From: a virus
Taxonomy: Duplodnaviria; Caudoviricetes
DNA length: 38,230 nt
Direction: 5' to 3' (one strand)
Virus record (IMG/VR): IMGVR_UViG_3300016667_000212
Location: 1-38,230 of that record
In this document: piece after piece, positions 16,434 through 26,180 of the stretch
How positions within the stretch are numbered: position 1 is the stretch's first letter
Layout of the letters: every line of letters starts with the position of its first letter
Program-made: the position numbers and the translations under genes
Notes under the pieces: model-generated
Seen by the model: the letters and a program-made list of their open reading frames with translations, nothing else
Told to the model about the DNA's origin: nothing
Database searches by the model: none

Positions 16434-16898
16434 ATGGCATTCAAAAGTCTTCCACTCACTGTCAGAGAGATCAAAGCAACCGACGCCGTGTTGGAGAAGA
16501 TCTACCACGCTGCCTTCTTGGGGTTGAAGGGAGACTCTCTTGCATTGGCAGCAGGAATGCTTCCTGTGGAGTACAACCGACTGAAAGAGCTTGACCAAAT
16601 GGCCCAAATGGCCGAACAGAAGGGGCGCGCTGACAGTGAGCTCGAAAACAGCCAGCATCTGCTCAACGCCGCCCGGGCCGGTGACGCCAAGGCCGCGCTT
16701 GCTATCCTCCAGCACGTCCACGGCTGGGTCGCCAAGCAAGCCATCTCCGTCGAGGTCGACCAGCGCATCAGCGTCATCGACGCCCTGCGCGCTGCTGAGA
16801 GCCGCGTCATCGACGGCGCCGTCACCGAAGTGATCGAGCAGAAGCACGCGCCGACGCTACAGACCAAAGTGGTCAACACCAACCAAGCGACAGCCTGA
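16434..16898 (+). CDS. terS: Terminase small subunit
   Basis: Directly upstream of and coupled to terL; helical N-terminus; GDAKAALAILQHVHGW. Confidence 0.7.
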   Translation: MAFKSLPLTVREIKATDAVLEKIYHAAFLGLKGDSLALAAGMLPVEYNRLKELDQMAQMAEQKGRADSELENSQHLLNAARAGDAKAALAILQHVHGWVAKQAISVEVDQRISVIDALRAAESRVIDGAVTEVIEQKHAPTLQTKVVNTNQATA

Positions 16899-18424
16899 TG
16901 CAAAAACCCATCTACGCCCCGGAAGACGAACAGCTGCTGATGACCCGACTGTGGTCGCCACAGATCAAGGACGACCCCGAGGCGTTTGTGTTGTTTGCCT
17001 TCCCGTGGGGCCAAGAGAACACGCCGTTGGCGAAGTACAAGGGCCCGCGCATGTGGCAGCGCCAAGTACTTCGCGACATCAAGGCGCACATCGACAAGAA
17101 TCGAGGCCAGATCAACATGGACACGCTGCGCGAGGCAGTGGCGTCCGGGCGCGGTATCGGCAAGTCGGCCTTAGTCTCATGGCTCATCCTGTGGATGCTT
17201 TCCACGCGCATCGGCTCCAGCGCCATCATCTCGGCCAACTCGGAAGCGCAGCTCAGATCTGTGACGTGGGGTGAGCTGACCAAGTGGTCGACCATGGTCA
17301 TCAACGCCCACTGGTGGGAGATCAGCGCGACCAAGCTGACGCCGGCCAAGTGGCTGTGCGACTTGGTCGAACGCGACCTCAAGAAGGGCACGCGCTACTG
17401 GTCGGCCGAGGGCAAGCTGTGGTCGGAAGAGAACCCCGACAGCTACGCCGGTGTGCACAACCACGACGGCATGATGCTGATCTTCGATGAGGCGAGCGGT
17501 ATCCCCGATGGCATCTGGTCGGTGGGCGCGGGCTTCTTCACGGAAAACATCCTTGACCGCTACTGGTTCGCGTTCAGCAACCCCCGACGCAACACGGGCT
17601 ACTTTTTTGAGTGCTTCAACGCCAAGCGCGACTTCTGGCACACGCGCCAAGTCGACGCGCGCACGGTGGAGGACACCGACAAGCAGGTCTACGAGCAGAT
17701 CATCGCCGAGTACGGCGAGGATTCGTCACAGGCCAGAGTTGAGGTGTACGGCGAGTTCCCATCCGCTGGCGACGACCAGTTCATCGCGCCCAACATGGTG
17801 GCCGACGCCGCCCAGCGCCCGCGCTACAAGGACGAGACAGCCCCGATCGTGATCGGCGTCGACCCGGCCCGAGGCGGGGCCGACTCCACGGTGATCGCCG
17901 TGCGGCAAGGCCGCGATCTGGTGGCGATCCACCGCTACCACGGCGAGGACACCATGACGATCGTCGGTCGGGTGATCGACGCCATCGAGGAGTACAAGCC
18001 CACGCTGGTGGTGCTGGACGAGGGCGGTCTGGGCTACGGTATTCTTGACCGGCTGCATGAGCAGCGCTACAAGGTGGTCAGGGGTGTGAACTTCGGCTGG
18101 AAGGCCAAAAACCCCATCATGTACGGCAACAAACGGGCCGAGCTGTGGGGCACGATGAAGGAGTGGCTGCGCACCGCTTCCATTCCGAACGATCGTGGGT
18201 TAAAGTCCGATCTGACCGGGCCTACCATAAAACCGAACTCGTCGGGTACAATTTTCCTAGAAGGCAAGAAGGAAATGAAAGCCAGAGGGCTGGCATCACC
18301 CGACGCCGCCGACGCACTGGCTGTGACGTTCGCGTTCCCTGTGGCGCACCGGCAGTATGTTGAAAAACCGACCACACGCGGGTACGCAGCCAACGGCGTG
18401 GTCACATCTTGGATGGGGGCGTGA
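16898..18424 (+). CDS. terL: Terminase large subunit
   Basis: Walker A ASGRGIGKS; Walker B LIFDEASG; FSNP; nuclease IGVDPARGGAD; SPDAADAL. Confidence 0.95.
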   Translation: MQKPIYAPEDEQLLMTRLWSPQIKDDPEAFVLFAFPWGQENTPLAKYKGPRMWQRQVLRDIKAHIDKNRGQINMDTLREAVASGRGIGKSALVSWLILWMLSTRIGSSAIISANSEAQLRSVTWGELTKWSTMVINAHWWEISATKLTPAKWLCDLVERDLKKGTRYWSAEGKLWSEENPDSYAGVHNHDGMMLIFDEASGIPDGIWSVGAGFFTENILDRYWFAFSNPRRNTGYFFECFNAKRDFWHTRQVDARTVEDTDKQVYEQIIAEYGEDSSQARVEVYGEFPSAGDDQFIAPNMVADAAQRPRYKDETAPIVIGVDPARGGADSTVIAVRQGRDLVAIHRYHGEDTMTIVGRVIDAIEEYKPTLVVLDEGGLGYGILDRLHEQRYKVVRGVNFGWKAKNPIMYGNKRAELWGTMKEWLRTASIPNDRGLKSDLTGPTIKPNSSGTIFLEGKKEMKARGLASPDAADALAVTFAFPVAHRQYVEKPTTRGYAANGVVTSWMGA

Positions 18425-18684
18425 TGGCAAAAAAGAGCGTTTCGCTGTCTGTTGGACGGGGGGAAAAACTGCCCGTGTCCAAGGGCGCCGGCCTCACCGC
18501 CAAAGGTCGGGCCAAGTACAACGCTGCCACCGGCTCCAAACTCAAAGCTCCTGCACCCAGCCCCAAGACCGAAGCCGACAAGGGCCGCAAGGCCAGCTTC
18601 TGTGCGCGCATGGAAGGGGTCGTCAAAAACGCCAAGGGGCCGGCCGAGCGCGCCAAAGCCTCACTCAAACGCTGGAAGTGCTGA
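18424..18684 (+). CDS. Small basic protein (86 aa, DUF6321-like)
   Basis: TGATG coupling; GLTAKGRAKYN...LKAP...RKASFCARM...SLKRWKC; 16 Lys. Confidence 0.8.
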   Translation: MAKKSVSLSVGRGEKLPVSKGAGLTAKGRAKYNAATGSKLKAPAPSPKTEADKGRKASFCARMEGVVKNAKGPAERAKASLKRWKC

Positions 18685-18686
18685 TC

Positions 18687-18866
18687 ATGGCAACCAAACC
18701 CGGGCTCTACGCCAACATCCACGCGAAGCAAGAGCGCATCAAGGCCGGCAGCGGCGAGAAGATGCGCAAGCCCGGCAGCAAAGGAGCGCCCACCGACAAG
18801 GCGTTCCGTGAGTCGGCCAAGACGGCCAAGAAGCCGGCGAGCAAGCCGATGAAGGGGAAGTGCTGA
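18687..18866 (+). CDS. Small basic protein (59 aa, [14 protein letters not shown]...)
   Basis: Starts 2 bp after the previous stop; 13 Lys; [11 protein letters not shown]. Confidence 0.75.
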   Translation: MATKPGLYANIHAKQERIKAGSGEKMRKPGSKGAPTDKAFRESAKTAKKPASKPMKGKC

Positions 18867-19027
18867 TGCCACTCGTCAAATCCACATCCAAGCAGGCGTT
18901 CCGCAAGAACGTGGCCGCTGAAGTGAACGCCGGCAAGCCGGTCAAGCAGGCCGTCGCGATTGCCTACGACGTCAAGCGCCGCGCAGCTGCGCCAGCCAAA
19001 AAAGCACCCACGTCGAAGAAAAAATAA
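18866..19027 (+). CDS. Small basic protein (53 aa, [15 protein letters not shown]...KQAVAIAY...[11 protein letters not shown]), not in the ORF track
   Basis: TGATG coupling upstream and TAATG coupling to the portal; 11 Lys. Confidence 0.8.
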   Translation: MPLVKSTSKQAFRKNVAAEVNAGKPVKQAVAIAYDVKRRAAAPAKKAPTSKKK

Positions 19028-21279
19028 TGGCAACGATCAACCAAGACCCCACAGGCATCGACGGCGCAGGCAAAGTGTCTGCGCGCGGCGGCCCAGACCA
19101 AAAAGACCACCGCGACACGCTCCAGCTCATGCGCGACCGCATGCGCCAAGCGGTCGGTGCGTACTCTGAGAGCCGTGAAGACGAGCTCGACGACCTGCGC
19201 TTCATGGCGGGCTCCCCAGACAACCAGTGGCAGTGGCCGCAGGACGTGTTGGCGACCCGTGGCTCTGTGCAGGGTCAGACCGTCAACGCCCGTCCGTGCC
19301 TGACCATCAACAAACTGCCGCAGCACGTCCGTCAGGTGACGAACGAGCAGCGTCAGAACCGTCCCAGCGGCAAGGTGATACCGGTCAACGATCAGGCTGA
19401 CGTGGAAGTGGCCGAGGTGCTCGATGGCATCGTGCGCCACATCGAGTACATGTCAGACGCTGACGTGGCCTACGACACCGCCTGCGAGAACCAAGTCACC
19501 TACGGCGAAGGTTACATCCGCATCCTGACTGAGTATTGCTACGAGGACAGCTTCGATCAGGACATCAAGATCGCCCGCGTTCGCAACAGCTTCTCGGTCT
19601 ACATGGATCCGCTGATCCAAGACCCCTGCGGCTCGGATGCCGAGTGGTGCTTCATCACCGAAGACCTGATGAAAGAAGACTACCAGCGCATGTACCCCAA
19701 CGCTGCGCCGCTGTCGTCCATCATGGTTCAGGGCATCGGCGACCAAGACATCAGCCAGTGGATCACCGAAGACACGATCCGCATCGCCGAATACTTCTAC
19801 ACCGACCACAAGACCGAGACGCTGTACCTGTTCCCGGGCAATCAGTCCGTGTTCAAAGGCTCCCGCGAGGAGAGAAACCTACGCGCTGCCGGGCTGAACC
19901 ACATCCGCGAGCGTCAAGTCGACCGCAAGCGCATCATGTGGATGAAGACCAACGGCTTTGAGGTGCTGGAAGAGCGCGAATGGGCCGGCAAGTGGATCCC
20001 CGTGATCCGCGTGGTGGGCAACGAGTTCCAAGTGGACGGCCGGATCTTCATCTCCGGCATCGTGCGCAACGCCAAAGACGCCCAGCGCATGTACAACTAC
20101 TGGACTTCGCAGGAAGCCGAGATGCTGGCGCTGGCCCCCAAGGCCCCCTTCATCGGCTACGGCGGCCAGTTTGAAGGCTACGAGTTCCAGTGGAAGACCG
20201 CCAACACCCAGAACTGGCCGTATTTGGAGGTCAACCCGGACGTCACAGACGGCTCAGGCGCCGTTTTGCCGCTTCCGCAGCGTGCCGCCCCGCCCCTGCC
20301 CCAAACCGGCCTCATTCAGGCCAAAATGGGCGCTTCTGAGGACATCAAGACCACCACCGGCCAGTACGATGCGGCCCTCGGTCAGGTGTCCAACGAGCGT
20401 TCTGGCAAGGCCATTCTGGCCCGCGAAAAGCAAGCTGACGTCGGCACCTACCATTACGTCGACAATCTGGCCCGCGCGGTGCGTTACGTCACGCGCCAGC
20501 TGGTCGATCTGATTCCCAAGATCTACGACACCCAGCGCATCGCCCGAATCATCGGCATTGACGGCGAAACCAACATGGTCAAAATCGATCCGACGCAGGC
20601 CGAGCCGGTCAAGAAGATCGTCGACCAAGCTGGTGTGGTGATCGAAAAGATCTACAACCCGTCCGTGGGTCGCTACGACGTGGCTGTGACCACCGGCCCG
20701 AGCTATCTGACCAAGCGTCAGGAAGCCATGGACGCGATGGCCCAGATTCTGCAAGGCAACCCCCAGCTGTGGGCCGTGGCCGGCGATCTGTTCGTCAAAA
20801 ACATGGATTGGCCGGGCGCGCAAGAGATGGCCGCCCGCATCCGCAAGACCATCGACCCCAAACTGCTGGCCGATCAAGACAACGACCCCGCCTTGCAGGC
20901 CGCTCAGAAGCAAATTGAGAGCCTCATGGGTGAGATGCAGGCCATGCACCAGATGCTGATGAACGTCAACAGCTCGTTTGAGGCCAAAGACGTCCAGATC
21001 CGCGAGTTTGAGTCGAAGATCAAGGCATTCGATGCGGAAACCAAGCGCATTTCGGCCACAATGGCCGGTATGACACCCGAGCAGATCCAAGACATCGTGA
21101 TGGGCACGCTGGCAGCGGCCCAAGATGTCGGCGATCTGATCCCGCCGCAGGGCATGATGGGCCCGATCGAGGAAGGCCCGCAGCACGAAGGCATGGAATC
21201 CCCCCAAATCGAGCGTCAGGAGGAGGCCCAGCAGGCCACGCCGATGCCAAATATCGCGCCTGAGGAGGGCCAAGCATGA
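19027..21279 (+). CDS. Portal protein (P22-like)
   Basis: 750 aa; RPCLTINKL, G.VRNAKDAQRMYNY, SGKAILAR, GRYDVAVTTGPSY.TKRQEA; C-terminal coiled coil. Confidence 0.92.
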   Translation: MATINQDPTGIDGAGKVSARGGPDQKDHRDTLQLMRDRMRQAVGAYSESREDELDDLRFMAGSPDNQWQWPQDVLATRGSVQGQTVNARPCLTINKLPQHVRQVTNEQRQNRPSGKVIPVNDQADVEVAEVLDGIVRHIEYMSDADVAYDTACENQVTYGEGYIRILTEYCYEDSFDQDIKIARVRNSFSVYMDPLIQDPCGSDAEWCFITEDLMKEDYQRMYPNAAPLSSIMVQGIGDQDISQWITEDTIRIAEYFYTDHKTETLYLFPGNQSVFKGSREERNLRAAGLNHIRERQVDRKRIMWMKTNGFEVLEEREWAGKWIPVIRVVGNEFQVDGRIFISGIVRNAKDAQRMYNYWTSQEAEMLALAPKAPFIGYGGQFEGYEFQWKTANTQNWPYLEVNPDVTDGSGAVLPLPQRAAPPLPQTGLIQAKMGASEDIKTTTGQYDAALGQVSNERSGKAILAREKQADVGTYHYVDNLARAVRYVTRQLVDLIPKIYDTQRIARIIGIDGETNMVKIDPTQAEPVKKIVDQAGVVIEKIYNPSVGRYDVAVTTGPSYLTKRQEAMDAMAQILQGNPQLWAVAGDLFVKNMDWPGAQEMAARIRKTIDPKLLADQDNDPALQAAQKQIESLMGEMQAMHQMLMNVNSSFEAKDVQIREFESKIKAFDAETKRISATMAGMTPEQIQDIVMGTLAAAQDVGDLIPPQGMMGPIEEGPQHEGMESPQIERQEEAQQATPMPNIAPEEGQA

Positions 21280-21638
21280 AACCCGCAGAGTTTGTCGGCA
21301 TGATGTTTCTGGCCCGTGATGTGGCGCACTCTGTGCACCTCAACACGCGCAGTTTTTCCAAGCACATGGCCCTGAACACGTTCTACGAAGAGATCATCGA
21401 GCTCGCTGACAAGTTTGCCGAGGCGTACCAAGGAAAACACGGTCTGGTGGGCCCGATTTCGCTGATGAACGCCAACAAGACATCCAACATCGTCGAATTT
21501 TTGCAAGATCAGGTCGACGGTATTGAAAAGGCCCGGTACGAGGTTTGTGACAAAACCGAAACGGCGTTGCAAAATATCATTGATGAGATTGTCGGGCTGT
21601 ACCTGAGCACGCTCTACAAACTTCGTTTCTTGGCATAA
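21276..21638 (+). CDS. Ferritin/Dps-like four-helix protein (DUF5856-like)
   Basis: AHSVHL...HMALNTFYE....LADKFAEAYQG; LQNIIDEI....STLYKL. Confidence 0.7.
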   Translation: MKPAEFVGMMFLARDVAHSVHLNTRSFSKHMALNTFYEEIIELADKFAEAYQGKHGLVGPISLMNANKTSNIVEFLQDQVDGIEKARYEVCDKTETALQNIIDEIVGLYLSTLYKLRFLA

Positions 21639-21647
21639 GGAGCCACC

Positions 21648-21914
21648 ATGGCACAGTACAAACAAGGCAGCGCAGACGCGCAAATCAAGATCGGCGGCGG
21701 CAAGCTGTTCGGCGTTTTTGTCTCCAGCACCTCCAGCGGCACGTTCACGCTGTATGACACGGCCACGGCCAACACCAGCGACCCCAAGATCGTTGCTACG
21801 GTGACCCCGGCAGCCGGCACGCAGTATGTGAGCTTCCCTGCTGGCCTGTGGTTCAGCAACGGCCTGTACATCGACGTTGCCAACACCATCGAATACACGG
21901 TCGCCTACGAGTAA
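21648..21914 (+). CDS. Small beta-rich virion protein
   Basis: RBS AAGGAG; within the structural operon. Confidence 0.65.
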   Translation: MAQYKQGSADAQIKIGGGKLFGVFVSSTSSGTFTLYDTATANTSDPKIVATVTPAAGTQYVSFPAGLWFSNGLYIDVANTIEYTVAYE

Positions 21915-21923
21915 GGACACGCC

Positions 21924-23990
21924 ATGGCTGTCAACCTTTCCCCCGTGGGCGGCGTTGCGGCCCAATTCTTCGACAACAGCGGCTACCCTTTGACGGGTGG
22001 CAAGCTGTACAGTTATGCTGCCGGCACCACTACGCCTGCAACGACATACACCAGCTCCAACGGCTCCACAGCGCACAGCAACCCTATTGTGCTGGACGCA
22101 GCCGGCCGCGTGCCTGCTGGCGGTGAGATTTGGCTCACGGATGGCATCACCTACAAGTTCGTGCTGAAGACCAGCACCGACACGCTGATCGCAACCTACG
22201 ACAACATCACCGGCATCAACAGCAACGCGATTGCTTTTACCAACACTCAAGAAATTCAAACGGCCACCGCAGGCCAAACGGTCTTCACGCTAACCAACTC
22301 ATATCAACCCGGCGCCAACAGTCTGTCAGTGTTTGTGGACGGCGTGAATCAGTACGGCCCCGGCGCCCAGTACTCTTACGTTGAGACGGACGCCAACACG
22401 GTGACGTTTAACAGCGGACTGCACGTTGGCGCGTCGGTCAAGTTCACCACCACGCAGCAGCAAGGCGCTGGCGCTGTGGATGCACAACAAGTGTCGTATG
22501 TGCCGCCGTTCACAGGGTCTGTCGCAACCAACGTCGAAGTCAAACTGGCGCAGTACATCAGTGTGCAAGATTTTGGCGCTGTGGGCGACGGCAGTACCGA
22601 CGATCAACCGGCCATTCAAGCTGCGCTTGATTATGCGGCGTCTCTGTCAAATCAAAGCCCCACTTTTGTCTTGTTTCCGGGGCAAAACAATGAAGTGTAC
22701 GCAATCGAAAGCCAGATCGTTGTAGACAGTGACTACAACGTCGGAATAAGTGGGTTTGGCGGCACACCAACGATCAAGTACACCGGCCCAGTTATGAATA
22801 CGTCCACTCAAAACGATTCAACTGGTGCGATGATCTATTTCAGCGGCACGGATCACGCTTTTGGCGGCATCAAAGACCTGTTTGTGGACGCAAGCAGCGC
22901 GGCAAATTTCTGTGTCTATCTGGAGGGCATTTGCCAGCCCCAATTCAATATCAAGAACCTGCACATGAAGCACGCGCAGCTTGATATTTTGTACGCCAAC
23001 AACAACGCTGGACTCGGACAGACGCAACTGTTCATTGACGAATGCACGTTTTTTCCGGCTACAGGCGCTACGTTCTCGGGGCAGACGGCAGTGTGTGGCC
23101 GGTATCCGATTCACATTGCAGTAGGCTCCAACACCGGGATGATCCGTATCAGCAACACTGGGATCGATAGCGGTGTTGCAGGATGTGTCGGCATCACCGC
23201 AGGCGCTGGAGCGTCGTACATCAATGAGCAAATCTTGATGGATAACGTGCGGTTTGAGACGTATGGTTCCAACAAAGACGTAATCGTTTTGGATTATGGT
23301 GCGCTTACAAATCCCGGCGAAATTACGCTACTTAATTGCAAACCATCAATTGGCGATGCAGGCAGCATTACAGCCTACGTCGCAAATGCAACATCCCCCG
23401 CAGGCGCTCGCCCCGTCATCAATTTTGTACCCTACATGGAACAAAACACGATGACGTACATCTACAACGATATAGATACGGCGTATCGGGTGACGGATGA
23501 CACAAAACGACAAAGCGTAATTTTTGCAATCAACCAAACCAGTTCTGTTGGCCGTCTTCAAATGGGCACCGCGATGCCCAGCACTCCCGTGGACGGAGAC
23601 TACTATCTCAACAACTCGACGCGACAGTTGGTTGGCCGCATCAACGGAAAAACATTTGTTCAGCCGTTTGGCAACCCAACTATCTTGGGGCCAAGCACAA
23701 CGTACAGCATCGCATACACCGATTTTGACAAACTGATCCACAACAACAACGCTGGCGCGTTGACGTTGAATCTGCCATCGATTGCGACTGTGTCTACCGG
23801 GTTTAAGCTCAACATTGCCGCCACCACATCGGGGGCTATTACGCTCACGCCAGACGGCACTGATTCGATTGGCCCAAAAACTGCCGGGCAGACTTACGTT
23901 AGCAGCGGAAGTGCAGGCGACGCATTGATTCTGATGGCTGGCCCCGGCAGCAAATGGGTGGTGCTGTCCAAAGTGGGGACTTGGTCGTAA
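21924..23990 (+). CDS. Tailspike / receptor-binding protein 1 (particle-binding N-domain plus beta-helix)
   Basis: QFFDNSG.PL.GGKLY.Y.AGTTTP...NPIVLD..GR N-domain; SVQDFGAVGDG.TDD..AIQAALD beta-helix cap. Confidence 0.85.
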   Translation: MAVNLSPVGGVAAQFFDNSGYPLTGGKLYSYAAGTTTPATTYTSSNGSTAHSNPIVLDAAGRVPAGGEIWLTDGITYKFVLKTSTDTLIATYDNITGINSNAIAFTNTQEIQTATAGQTVFTLTNSYQPGANSLSVFVDGVNQYGPGAQYSYVETDANTVTFNSGLHVGASVKFTTTQQQGAGAVDAQQVSYVPPFTGSVATNVEVKLAQYISVQDFGAVGDGSTDDQPAIQAALDYAASLSNQSPTFVLFPGQNNEVYAIESQIVVDSDYNVGISGFGGTPTIKYTGPVMNTSTQNDSTGAMIYFSGTDHAFGGIKDLFVDASSAANFCVYLEGICQPQFNIKNLHMKHAQLDILYANNNAGLGQTQLFIDECTFFPATGATFSGQTAVCGRYPIHIAVGSNTGMIRISNTGIDSGVAGCVGITAGAGASYINEQILMDNVRFETYGSNKDVIVLDYGALTNPGEITLLNCKPSIGDAGSITAYVANATSPAGARPVINFVPYMEQNTMTYIYNDIDTAYRVTDDTKRQSVIFAINQTSSVGRLQMGTAMPSTPVDGDYYLNNSTRQLVGRINGKTFVQPFGNPTILGPSTTYSIAYTDFDKLIHNNNAGALTLNLPSIATVSTGFKLNIAATTSGAITLTPDGTDSIGPKTAGQTYVSSGSAGDALILMAGPGSKWVVLSKVGTWS

Positions 23991-24808
23991 TGGCAAACAG
24001 CAAAATCTCCGCGCTCACGTCAGCGACTACACCGCTGGCGGGTACGGAGACTTTGCCTGTTGTTCAGAGTGGCGTCACCAAACAAGTCAGCGTCGCCAAC
24101 TTGACCGCTGGCCGGGTGGTTGACACCGCTGGCCTCACAATTACCGACTATGCGGGTGCAACCGCTGCAATAAACATCTCGGGCGCGGGCACAATTCCCG
24201 CCCGAATTCGTGTTGTCAGCACCACCAGTGCAGGTGCCAACATTGTTTTGCGCGATAGTGGCACGACCAACAACGTCACGCTTCTTTCGTCTGGGCAAGA
24301 CCTTGTAATCCAAACTGGCGGCGTTCAGCGTGTCAACGTCAGCGGCGGCGGCGACTTAACAATGCTGACGGGCAACGTCATCCAAGGCACCGCAGCCAAA
24401 GGTATCAACTTCACCGCCAACACCGCTACAGCGGGTTCTACAAGCAGGTTGCTGAACTGGTACGAGGAAGGGACTTGGACGCCGAACGCCGTGGCTACTA
24501 CTGGCACCATTACCACATACACGTCGTCTGGTCGTTACACACGAGTTGGCAGGTTAGTTACGCTGCAAATTGAAATCAACATAACCACTAACGGAACTGG
24601 CGCAGGAACTATCAAAGTGGACAACTTGCCGTTTACGGTAGGTTCCGTTAATGCCGCAGGTGTGGGTAAAGAAGTTGCCAACACTGGCAAAGCAATCTCA
24701 GGAAGTTTTAATGCGTCAAGCACCAACTCGTATTGGAATTACTATGATGGAACGTATCCTGGTGCGAGTGGAAACGTCATCTGGATCACCGGGTCGTATT
24801 CTGTTTAA
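23990..24808 (+). CDS. Tail fibre / receptor-binding protein 2
   Basis: TAATG coupling; MANSKISAL...GTETLPVVQSG anchor; YEEGTWTP...GRYTRVGRLVT...NLPF tip domain. Confidence 0.8.
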   Translation: MANSKISALTSATTPLAGTETLPVVQSGVTKQVSVANLTAGRVVDTAGLTITDYAGATAAINISGAGTIPARIRVVSTTSAGANIVLRDSGTTNNVTLLSSGQDLVIQTGGVQRVNVSGGGDLTMLTGNVIQGTAAKGINFTANTATAGSTSRLLNWYEEGTWTPNAVATTGTITTYTSSGRYTRVGRLVTLQIEINITTNGTGAGTIKVDNLPFTVGSVNAAGVGKEVANTGKAISGSFNASSTNSYWNYYDGTYPGASGNVIWITGSYSV

Positions 24809-24817
24809 GGATTTATC

Positions 24818-26098
24818 ATGTCTCTGACCAAAGCCTCTTATGCAATGACCACTGGCGCTGCCGTCAACGCGCTTGATTATGGTTGCGTTGCCGACGGCAC
24901 CACTGACGATACCGCCGCCCTTCAAGCTGCAATCGACGCGGCCGCTGGTAAGCAGCTATGGATGCCCAAAGGTAACTACAAAATCACTGGAACATTGACG
25001 CTTCCTCAACAAATTCGCATAACGGGCGAAGTGTTAAGGGGCGGGAATGGCACGACGATCACCGCTGCCTTTGCGGGGCCAGCAATCAGCCGCGCGCCTG
25101 CATCTTTGACGCCTTGCGAGATTTTGCTTGAACACTTGTTTGTGTTTGGAAAATACACTCAGTATGGCGCTGGCGATGGCATTTACATCAAAAACAGCCC
25201 TTCATTTAGCATTCAGTTTTGCGTGGTGGCTGGATTCAACAGACAGATTTATATTGACACTGGCTCGTATGGGTGTTTGGTGCGTGACACTTATGTTGCT
25301 GAAACATGGGGAACTGGCGGCAGCAACGCCAACATCTATTGCTCGTCTGAATTTTGCACGTTTGACCGTGTTGAGTCAGATGATGCTACCTTCAGTATTT
25401 TCTTGGCAACAGGCGCATACGGCTGCCAGATCATGCACTGCACCCTTGAAGGTTGGTCTAACTCTTGTATTCTTGTGCAAAGCAGCCTAACGACGGATCG
25501 AACCATCATTCAAGGAAATAAAATAAACGGTTCGCGTGGTGGGACGGGTATTTCCACAGACGCCAACCGAACCAACATCATCAACAACCAGATTTCTTTG
25601 ACCGCCGGTAGTGTCGGGGTTAACTTGACCGAAAACTCATACGCAAGCGTGGTTGTTGGAAACGTGGTGCAAGGTGGTAGCACTGGCGTCTACGTCAAAA
25701 ATTCTGGCGCAAACGTCATCAATGACAACTTTATCTCTGGTGATATTGCTCTTGATGTTCAAGGTGGATCGGGCTATGTGACCTATCCCCAGACGATCTC
25801 TAACAACATTGTTTCTGGTGTGACTCAAAGTTTGCGGCACAACCAAAACAACAAAACGTCGTACATCGGCAATATGTTTCAAGACGCTGCCACCGGCGCG
25901 TACAAAGCGCCTTATTTGCAGTCCGGCGCACCTTGGATCATGTCGCCTGACGGCACCAATATGACGATGTTTTCTGGTGCTATGAGTTTCCCGGCCAACA
26001 GCCTGATTGTTGCTGGCGGCGCAGGCACCAATATCGTGTCTGTCGGTGCTGCCGATTCTGGCGGTACTGGCTATCGGTTGCTTCGCATTCCAAACTGA
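24818..26098 (+). CDS. Tailspike / receptor-binding protein 3 (pectate-lyase-like beta-helix, probable depolymerase)
   Basis: NALDYGCVADGTTDDTAALQAAID, PKGNYKIT, repeated I.GN/I.NN ladders. Confidence 0.85.
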   Translation: MSLTKASYAMTTGAAVNALDYGCVADGTTDDTAALQAAIDAAAGKQLWMPKGNYKITGTLTLPQQIRITGEVLRGGNGTTITAAFAGPAISRAPASLTPCEILLEHLFVFGKYTQYGAGDGIYIKNSPSFSIQFCVVAGFNRQIYIDTGSYGCLVRDTYVAETWGTGGSNANIYCSSEFCTFDRVESDDATFSIFLATGAYGCQIMHCTLEGWSNSCILVQSSLTTDRTIIQGNKINGSRGGTGISTDANRTNIINNQISLTAGSVGVNLTENSYASVVVGNVVQGGSTGVYVKNSGANVINDNFISGDIALDVQGGSGYVTYPQTISNNIVSGVTQSLRHNQNNKTSYIGNMFQDAATGAYKAPYLQSGAPWIMSPDGTNMTMFSGAMSFPANSLIVAGGAGTNIVSVGAADSGGTGYRLLRIPN

Positions 26099-26100
26099 TC

Positions 26101-26130
26101 TTGCATTCGATTGAAAATCGGATGTAAGAT
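26101..26130 (+). promoter_or_regulatory. Possible internal promoter for scaffold/coat genes
   Basis: TTGCAT-18-TAAGAT in the largest intergenic gap of the late arm. Confidence 0.45.
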
Positions 26131-26180
26131 CAAACAATCCCGTACTGGTGCGGTTCATCAGGGATTCTCAGGAATCATCA

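Noticed and set aside
15601-16440. ORF-track entries in the repeat region (15839-16303, 15961-16242, 16138-16440 and others)
   Set aside because: No RBS, atypical composition, and they overlap promoters and repeats; region treated as non-coding
18687-18866. Direct homology of RKPGSKGAP to the histone H3 tail (RKSTGGKAP)
   Set aside because: Short low-complexity similarity is insufficient for homology; only the compositional analogy is kept
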